The notes beneath the pieces were generated by a model. That model made no database searches. It saw only the letters and a list, made by a program, of their open reading frames with translations, and had not been told where the DNA came from. 64,000 nucleotides of DNA from Macrostomum hystrix (lineage: Eukaryota > Animalia > Platyhelminthes), in the NCBI GenBank assembly GCA_950097015.1, contig CATNEN010000001.1:7812001-7876000 (forward strand), given 5' to 3'. The position numbers and the translations under genes are program-made. Below are positions 55,362 through 64,000 of the stretch, one piece after another; the stretch's first letter is position 1, and every line of letters starts with the position of its first letter.

Positions 55362-56280
55362 ATTGATTGCCAGTCTAGCCTCTAAATAGGGAAAGGAATA
55401 GAATGGATTGCTAGTCTAGCCTCTAAATAGGGAAAGGAATAGAATGGATTGCTAGTCTAGCCTCTAAATAGGGAAAGGAATAGAATGGATTGCTAGTCTA
55501 GCCTCTAATGGATGAAGGAATAGAATGGATTGCTAGCCTAGCCTTCAATTGATGAAGGAATAGAATGGATTGCTAGCCTAGCCTTCAATTGATGAAGGAA
55601 CAGAATGGATTGCTAGTCTAGCCTCTAATGGATGAAGGAATAAAGTGGATTGCTAGCCTAGCCTTCAATTGATGAAGGAACAGAATGGATTGCTAGTCTA
55701 GCCTCCAATAGATGAAGGAATAGAATGGATTGCTAGTCTAGCCTTCAATTGATGAAGGAATAGAATGGATTGCTAGCCTAGCCTTCAATTGATGAAGGAA
55801 TAGAATGGATTGCTAGCCTAGCCTTCAATTGATGAAGGAACAGAATGGATTGCTAGTCTAGCCTCTAATGGATGAAGGAATAGAATGGATTGCTAGCCTA
55901 GCCTTCAATTGATGAAGGAATAGAATGGATTGCTAGCCTAGCCTTCAATTGATGAAGGAACAGAATGGATTGCTAGTCTAGCCTCCAATAGATGAAGGAA
56001 TAGAATGGATTGCTAGTCTAGCCTTCAATTGATGAAGGAATAGAATGGATTGCTAATCTAGCCTCCAATGGATGAAGGAATAGAATGGATTGCTAGTCTA
56101 GCCTCCAATGGATGAAGGAACAGAATGGATTGCTAGTCTAGCCTTCAATTGATGAAGGAATAGAATGGATTGCTAGACTAGCCTCCAATGAATGAAGGAA
56201 TAGAATGGATTGCTGGTCTAGCCTCCAGTGGGTAAAGGAATAGAATGGATTGCTAGTCTAGCCTTCAAGGAAGGAAGGAA
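55362..56280. repeat. 40-bp minisatellite TAGAATGGATTGCTAGTCTAGCCTTCAATTGATGAAGGAA
   Basis: Direct inspection; intergenic between the convergent GPCRs. Confidence 0.96.
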
Positions 56281-56841
56281 TACACAAGACGAATCTAGCC
56301 ATTACCCGAAACAGGCCCAGCGACCTCGGTGCTATTGTCAAACGCGTCATCAGGTCTGCAGTTTTATCCCCAGACAATTCTTCTAGTGAAAAGAGATTGC
56401 ATCGCAGAACTATTTTTATGACTGCAAACAAAGAAATTTACGAAATAAAGACGACTGAGTTGTTTCATTCATTTCAGGCAACGGAATCCTGAAAGAACTC
56501 TGCTTTTAGCCAAGAAATGGGGCAATTAGAGTCGACTTGGACTTGCATAATTGCTGTCAACTACAGAGGAGGTTTGATTCGTTTTCTAAAACGATTTCCT
56601 CGTCAATTTCGGGGAAAAACAGGTCCCAGCTTAGAAAAACTAGCTAAAGAGCGAATTCTGCTTTCCAAAAGAAGCCAAACTTCAAGGATATTTCGTTACG
56701 GGCAAGCATTATTAACCAGGGCATCAAATGAAAAAATAAAAGCAAGATAATTGCTGAAAGAATGACCTACTCAGTGACTTAAATGGTCCATTTTAGCATT
56801 TGCAGACAATTATTGCTACACAATGGAGCTCGTGTTGCTCG

Positions 56842-57647
56842 TGAGGGGATATTTGTTGATAATCTCAATGACATCTGTGGGGATATTTGCTGATAATCTG
56901 AATGACATCTGAGGGGATATTTGCTGATAATCTGAATGACATCTGAGGGGATATTTGCTGATAATCTGAATGACATCTGTGGGGATATTTGCTGATAATC
57001 TGAATGACATCTGAGGGGATATTTGCTGATAATCTGAATGACATCTGTGGGGATATTTGCTGACAATCTGAATGACATCTGAGGGGATATTTGCTGACAA
57101 TCTGAATGACATCTGAGGGGATATTTGCTGGTAAACTGAATGACATCTGAGGGGATATTTGCTGATAATCTGAATGACATCTGAGGGGATATTTGCTGGT
57201 AATCTGAATGACATCTGAGGGGATATTTGCTGATAATCGGAATGACATCTGAGGGGATATTTGCTGGTAATCTGAATGACATCTGAGGGGATATTTGCTG
57301 ATAATCTGAATGACATCTGAGGGGATATTTTTTGGTAATCTGAATAAAATCTGGGGGGATATTTGCTGGTAATCTGAATAAAATCTAGGGGGATATTTGC
57401 TGATAATCTCAATGACATCTGATGGGATATTTGCTGATAATCTAAATGACATCTGAGGGGATATTTGCTGACAATCTGAATGACATCTGAGGGAATATTT
57501 CTGATAATCTGAATGACATCTGAGGGAATATTTCTGATAATCTGAATGACATCTGAGGGAATATTTGCTGATAATCTGAATGACATCTGACGGGATATTT
57601 GCTGATAATCTGAATGACATCTGAGGGGATATTTGCAGATAATCTAC
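56842..57647. repeat. 34-bp minisatellite GATATTTGCTGATAATCTGAATGACATCTGAGGG, block 1
   Basis: Direct inspection. Confidence 0.96.
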
Positions 57648-58671
57648 CTTGTAAAACAAGTTCTTTATTCTGGGGATAATAACTTAGATATTGGGGAATA
57701 AGTGGGGAATTTACGGATATTTAATGAATTTTTTGATCAGTGAAGAAATTTATGGTTTTTGAGATAATTTTTGATTCGGTTAGGATTTCAGAATTTTAGG
57801 ATAATTTCTAAATTCTATAATAAAAACAAAAAATGTGGATAAAATAGGATAATCATTGATTGTCTCATAACTCAAGGTTTAGATAGAAGGCTTATCGCTC
57901 GGTAGGTAAACTTTCTGGTTAAAATGCAACTGATTTCTTGATTCCTTTGATATTTTTGATTCAATTCTCTTTTGCAAGAAAAAAAGGCGTGCAATCACTT
58001 TATGTCAACTGGTAATTTCCTACAGCTCGTGCGATGATTAATCCGAAGGGAAGCCGTCTTTGTTCTGAATACCCCGAGTCAGATTTCGTGTCAAATTAAA
58101 GAAACGCTACAAGCAATCTACTAGCAAAAAATCACCAAAGAATATTGACGTCAAAGAATATATTTTTTATCTCTTAATTGCAAATCGCAATTCTTAAAGT
58201 AGATTAAATTTCTCTTCAAAGTGCCGTTAAAGATCAATGATTAAGGATTATTATAACGAGTCAATTACAGCCTTTGACAGACGTCAATGACGGCTAAAGT
58301 ACTTCTAACAGAAGTAGCAGGCAAATCGAAGTTGAATTAATTTTTAAGGATGAATGAATATTTGTTCTCAAAACAAGACAAAATCAAAAGTGTATTTAAT
58401 CAGCTAGATTAAAAACAATGTTTTAGTCTAATGAAAAACTAATTTTGTCGATAATGTTATTTATAAATTTGGAATAAACACTTTTAACTGATTGGATTTC
58501 TACGGAAAATTATTAATTCGTGCGCACAGCCACTTTACGGGTTAAAGAGATAAAAATCAAAGTAATTTAGGAGGGTCACAGCACACAACACGCGTTTATT
58601 ATACTAAATAGATAACTTTACGGTTTATGATCGCTATAAGTAGTGGGGTTTCGTTTGATGGGAAATTTACA

Positions 58672-59836
58672 GCTAATCTGAATAAAACCTGAGGGGATAT
58701 TTGCTGATAATCTGAATAAAATCTGAGGGGATATTTGCTGATAATCTGAATAAAATCTGAGGGGATATTTGCTGATAATCTGAATAAAATCTGAGGGGAT
58801 ATTTGCTGGTAATCTGAATGACATCTGAGGGGATATTTGCTGATAATCTGAATGACATCTGAGGGGATATTTGCTGATAATCTGAATAAAATCTGAGGGG
58901 ATATTTGCTGATAATCTGAATAAAATCTGAGGGGATATTTGCTGATAATCTGAATGACATCTGAGGGGATATTTGCTGATAATCTGAATGACATCTGAGG
59001 GGATATTTGCTGATAATCTGAATGACATCTGAGGGGATATTTGCTGATAATCTGAATAAAATCTGAGGGGATATTTGCTGATAATCTGAATGACATCTGA
59101 GGGGATATTTGCTGATAATCTGAATAAAATCTGAGGGGATATTGTCTGATAATCTGAATAAAATCTGAGGGGATATTTGCTGGTAATCTGAATGACATCT
59201 GAGGGGATATTTGCTGATAATCTGAATGACATCTGAGGGGATATTTGCTGATAATCTGAATGACATCTGACGGGATATTTGCTGATAATCTGAATGACAT
59301 CTGAGGGGATATTTGCTGACAATCTGAATGACATCTGAGGGGATATTTGCTGGTAATCTGAATGACAACTGAGGGGATATTTGCAGATAATCTGAATGAC
59401 ATCTGAGGAGATATTTGCTGATAATCTGAATGACATCTGACGGGATATTTGCTGATAATCTTAATGACATCGGAGGGGATATTTGCTGATAATCTGAATG
59501 ACATCTGACGGGATATTTGCTGATAATCTGAATGACATCTGCGGGGATATTTGCTGATAATCTGAATGACATCTGCGGGGATATTTGCTGATCATCTGAA
59601 TGACATCTGAGGGGATATTTGCTGATAATCTGAATGACATCTGAGGGGATATTTGCTGATAATCTGAATGACATCTGAGGGGATATTTGCTGATAATCTG
59701 AATGACATCTGACGGGATATTTGCTGATAATCTGAATGACATCTGAGGGGATATTTGCTGACAATCTGAATGACATTTGAGGGGATATTTGCTGATAATC
59801 TGAATGAAATCTGACGGGATTTTTGCTGATAATCTA
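58672..59836. repeat. Same 34-bp minisatellite, block 2, ending about 55 nt from the stop of GPCR copy B
   Basis: Direct inspection. Confidence 0.96.
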
Positions 59837-59890
59837 GTTCTTTGAACCATTGTCATTTGATTTCGGTCCTGTTAAACTCAGGCTGTTTAA

Positions 59891-62800
59891 TTAACAGGAG
59901 TCGGTTTTTGGAGCAGCAGCAGCGGCAACGACAGAATTCGACCTTCGCTGCAGTTCAACAGCAGGCAACACGCGATCAGGCCCGAGACAGCCCTGAAGTC
60001 CAATCGAAGCTGCGAATCCGTGTCTGAAATTCTTATTCAGAACGCCGTAGATGATGCAATTGAAGCAGGAGTTAAACATTGCCAGCCACAGGACAATGTT
60101 GTGTACCCGTCGAGGTACTGGGAAAGCGAACCTGTGGGAGATTGTTCGTCGGCTAGTTTCAAAGCTTTGAGCAAGAATTAGTTCTATGACTGCAATGTTG
60201 GGTTGCGTTAAAATTTTAGATACTCTGATACATGTTAGACAGCCTGTGATACCTGTTAGACAGGCTGTGATACCTGTTAGACAGGCTGTGATACCTGTTA
60301 GACAGGCTGTGATACCTGTTAGACAGGCTGTGATACCTGTTAGACAGGCTGTGATACCTGTTAGACAGGCTGTGATACCTGTTAGACAGGCTGTGATACC
60401 TGTTAGACAGGCTGTGATACCTGTTAGACAGACTTTGATACCTGTTACACAGACTTTGGTACCTTTTAGAAAGAATTTTGTACCTGTTGGACAGACTTCG
60501 AGACCTGTTAAGCAAATGACTGCGCACTTGCTAGAGAAAGCATGGCATCTGTTAGACATAGTGTGACACCTGTTAGACATAGTGTGACACCTGTTAGACA
60601 TAGTGTGACACCTGTTAGACATAGTGTGACACCTGTTAGACATAGTGTGACACCTGTTAGACATAGTGTCACACCTGTTAGACATAGTGAGACACCTGTT
60701 AGACGTAGTGTGACACCTGTTAGACATAGTGTGACACCTGTTAGACATAGTGTCACACCTGTTAGACATAGTGTGACACCTGTTAGGGATAGTGTGACAC
60801 CTGTTAGACATAGTGTGACACCTGTTAGACATAGTGTGACACCTGTTAGACATAGTGGGACACCTGTTAGACATAGTGGGACACCTGTTAGACATAGTGG
60901 GACACCTGTTAGACATAGTGGGACACCTGTTAGACATAGTGGGACACCTGTTAGACATAGTGTGACACCTGTTAGACATAGTGGGACACCTGTTAGACAT
61001 AGTGGGACACCTGTTAGACATAGTGTGACACCTGTTAGGGATAGTGTGACACCTGTAAGACATAGTGTGACACCTGTTAGACATAGTGTGACACCTGTTA
61101 GACATAGTGTGACACCTGTTAGACATAGTGTGACACCTGTTAGACATAGTGTCACACCTGTTAGACATAGTGAGACACCTGTTAGACGTAGTGTGACACC
61201 TGTTAGACATAGTGTGACACCTGTTAGACATAGTGTCACACCTGTTAGACATAGTGTGACACCTGTTAGGGATAGTGTGACACCTGTTAGACATAGTGTG
61301 ACACCTGTTAGACATAGTGTGACACCTGTTAGACATAGTGGGACACCTGTTAGACATAGTGGGACACCTGTTAGACATAGTGGGACACCTGTTAGACATA
61401 GTGGGACACCTGTTAGACATAGTGGGACACCTGTTAGACATAGTGTGACACCTGTTAGACATAGTGGGACACCTGTTAGACATAGTGGGACACCTGTTAG
61501 ACATAGTGTGACACCTGTTAGGGATAGTGTGACACCTGTAAGACATAGTGTGACACCTGTTAGACATAGTGTGACACCTGTTAGACATAGTGGGACACCT
61601 GTTAGACAAACAGCGACACCAGTTATATAATATAAACTTGCCAGATCTGCAAGATTTGCTCTCTAGAAAAATAAGTGCATATTTAGATGCTAATGAAACT
61701 GTCTTCAAAGCTGATATTTTATAAAAGATCTAAAAACAACATGATTTTGGCTGACGCCACTCACTTTTCAATGATGGGTGGTCGAGTGAGTTTTTTTATC
61801 GATGAGAGTGAGGTAGGTGCAATCTATTATTGATCGTTTACATTCTTCCGAGAAAAGAGAGTGAGGCGGGTGCACTCGATTATCGATCGGTTTACACTCC
61901 CGCCGGGGAAGGAAGTGAGGTGGGGTGGTCTAGATTATCGACTGGTTTTCACTTCCTCCGGGGAAGGGAGTGAGGTGGGTGAACGCAATTATCGATCGTT
62001 TTTTCACTCCCGCCGGAAAATGGAGTGGGGCGGTGCACTAACTTGTCGATGTACACGTGCACGCTGTAGGGTCCCCAGCATAAGTTGAAGGCGCAGAAGG
62101 CAGCCACAACTGGCACGAGAGCTGCCCGCTCCCTGGCGTAGGCGCGGTTCGAGCTGATGTCCTGGTTCTGATGGCTGGTCTTGAACAAGCGGTAGAACAG
62201 TGCGGTGTAGCAGATGGCCGCCAGAAGTGACGGCGCGCCCACCCCGAGTAGGGTGAGCATGAAGGACACCGCAAAGTCCGTGTTATCGTCGAAGTAGAAG
62301 CACATGTACGAGTCCGGGATGTAGGAGAAGCCGTCCATGACTGCCACCACAGCAGAGTAGCCGAACCACAGCAGCCAGAAGGTGGCGCAGATGATGGCAA
62401 TCTTGCGCATGGTGAAGATCCGACGATACAAGTTCTGGTGCAGGATGTAGATGTACCTACGGGATTTGAGGATAATTGCAATGGGATTTGAGACGAGATT
62501 CGCATTGGGATTCAAGGGGATATTTGCAGCCAGCAGGGGATATTTGCAGCCAGCAGGGAATATTTGCAGTTAGCTCCAGGCAGCAGCAGCAGAGGTACAT
62601 TGGCAAGCATTCGGTACACCAGAGCTGCATCACCTGTTGATGGCGATGAGCATGAAGCTGAAGTTGGACACCCCAGCGCAGAGAAACATCAAGAAGCCAT
62701 TGACGATGCAGAGCCAGCGGTCGGACAGCTCTCTGTAAGCGACTCGGTTTGCCAGCACTGAAGGCATGGCGTAGCAGCAGACGATAAAGTCAGCCACGGC

Positions 62801-63025
62801 GATGTTCACGACGATCCAGTTGATGGCGGACTTGAGAGATCGAACTCTGGCCACAGCGAGGAAGATGAGGGCATTGCCAGCTGATCCCACGATGCAGCCG
62901 ACCGTCAGGAAGAAGATGTCCACACCGCGGGTCACTGGGTCATTCGGCCTGATGTAGTCCTCCGACTCCGCCAGGCCGGCCACGTCAGTCGTGACGCCGG
63001 CGAAGTTCTCGGATGTGGAGTTCAT
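59891..63025 (-). CDS. Melatonin-receptor-like class A GPCR, copy B (about 348 aa), inverted paralogue of copy A
   Basis: Exons 63025-62634, 62456-62043, 60131-59891. Exon 1 and 2 lengths (392, 414) equal those of copy A; exon 3 reads FAFPVPRRVHNIVLWLAMFNSCFNCIIYGVLNKNFRHGF... Confidence 0.92.
60225..60515. repeat. 21-bp minisatellite TGATACCTGTTAGACAGGCTG in GPCR B intron 2
   Basis: About 10 clean copies followed by degenerate ones. Confidence 0.93.
60548..61620. repeat. 21-bp minisatellite CACCTGTTAGACATAGTGTGA in GPCR B intron 2, with a 483-bp higher-order duplication
   Basis: Rare variants recur 483 bp apart (60701/61184; 61055/61538). Confidence 0.96.
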
Positions 63026-63089
63026 TGGATGCGGCAGCTTCTGCGACTTCAGGGGAAATTTATTGATTGGGAACCTCTCTGTGACAACA

Positions 63090-63343
63090 AGAACTGAAAC
63101 AGGAACAGGAACTGGAAGTGGAACAGGAACAGGAACAGGAACTAGAACAGGAACTGGAACAGGAATAGGAACAGGAACAGGAACTGAAACAGGAACAGGA
63201 ACTAAAACAGGAACTGGAACAAGAACAGGAACTAGAACAGGAACTAGAACAGGAACTAGAACAGGAACTGGAACAGGAATAGGAACAGAAACAGGAACAG
63301 GAACAGGAACAGGAACAGGAACTGGAACAGGAACTGGAATAGG
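63090..63343. repeat. (GGAACA/GGAACT)n hexamer microsatellite upstream of GPCR copy B
   Basis: Reverse complement of the 51780 array type. Confidence 0.95.
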
Positions 63344-63896
63344 ACATTATGTCAATATGAATCAGAAAATTAATTAAAACATTCGAGACACCGAGAAAAT
63401 TACCATTACAAGTATTGTCCCGAGTGATTTTTGTCTCTTACCTCAGCCGACAGGTGGCATCAAAATATAGGCAGAATTTTCTGTCAAAAGGCAAACGGAC
63501 TTGTTGCCTGACCTGCCTAGCTTAATATGTATTTGTCCTCTGTTTTCGCAAAGGATTAAATCCGACCCTGAGCCAATAGAAAATGGGAATGCAAAAGACA
63601 CGGATTTAGTAGCGGTATTAAATCCTCTCCTGAATTGTGATAAGCAGATAAATAATTCTTTGATCCCTTGTCGAAAAAACGACGTGTTTTTTGGCCTCTT
63701 TTCTTCCACAAAGCAGATTATTTAGTTATCACTTTATTTTGTTTTATTAGCTTGCTAATTATCTATCAGTTAGCTCAATTCAATTTTCATGACATTTTGA
63801 GCTTAATCAGTTTAATTTTTTTTCGAATTGTTCATTGCTTTCATTTTTCATTACAATTGTTCGAGCAAAAAAGTAAAATTTCATCAGAAATATAAC

Positions 63897-64000
63897 CTTC
63901 AGCAAACTGTCAGATACTTCAGCAAACTGTCAGATACTTCAGCAAACTCTCAGATACTTCAGCAAACTCTTAGATACTTCAGCAAACTGTCAGATACATC
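63897..64000. repeat. 20-bp minisatellite CTTCAGCAAACTGTCAGATA, truncated by the window end
   Basis: Five copies visible. Confidence 0.9.

Noticed and set aside
56300-56360. CTGATGA (minus) near GAAAC (plus) as a second hammerhead
   Set aside because: The two core boxes are on opposite strands.

Overview
Eukaryotic (animal) genomic DNA with spliceosomal introns. The gene style, GPCR types and minisatellite-stuffed introns suggest a free-living flatworm such as Macrostomum, but this is inference only. Nine protein-coding genes were reconstructed by hand from splice sites and reading frame: the 3' part of PNISR (+), a divergent class A peptide-type GPCR (+), BBS7 (-, 12 exons) head-to-head with Rab11 (+), an intronless Mlx-like bHLH-Zip (+), a compact WTAP/Fl(2)d (+), an unnamed TPR plus acidic-tail protein (+), and an inverted, convergent pair of melatonin-receptor-like GPCRs. 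Roughly a third of the window is tandem minisatellite (units 14-55 bp), mostly inside introns, and most long ORFs in the supplied track are artefacts of these arrays. Mobile DNA comprises a truncated Penelope-like element with an inverted RT fragment and a minimal hammerhead ribozyme, three tRNA-derived SINE families (one nested in another), a probable solo LTR and a possible LINE 3' remnant. The most notable observations are: (i) the GPCR pair is nearly identical over exons 1-2 but deeply diverged in exon 3, suggesting a repeat-bounded gene conversion tract; (ii) the Penelope hammerhead and 5' inversion; (iii) intron-private minisatellites built from a few shared cores, with ATCCC-rich arrays repeatedly lying just upstream of 3' splice sites; (iv) two GC-AG introns with the identical donor CAG|GCAAGC. 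All names come from recognition of the sequence, not from database searches.
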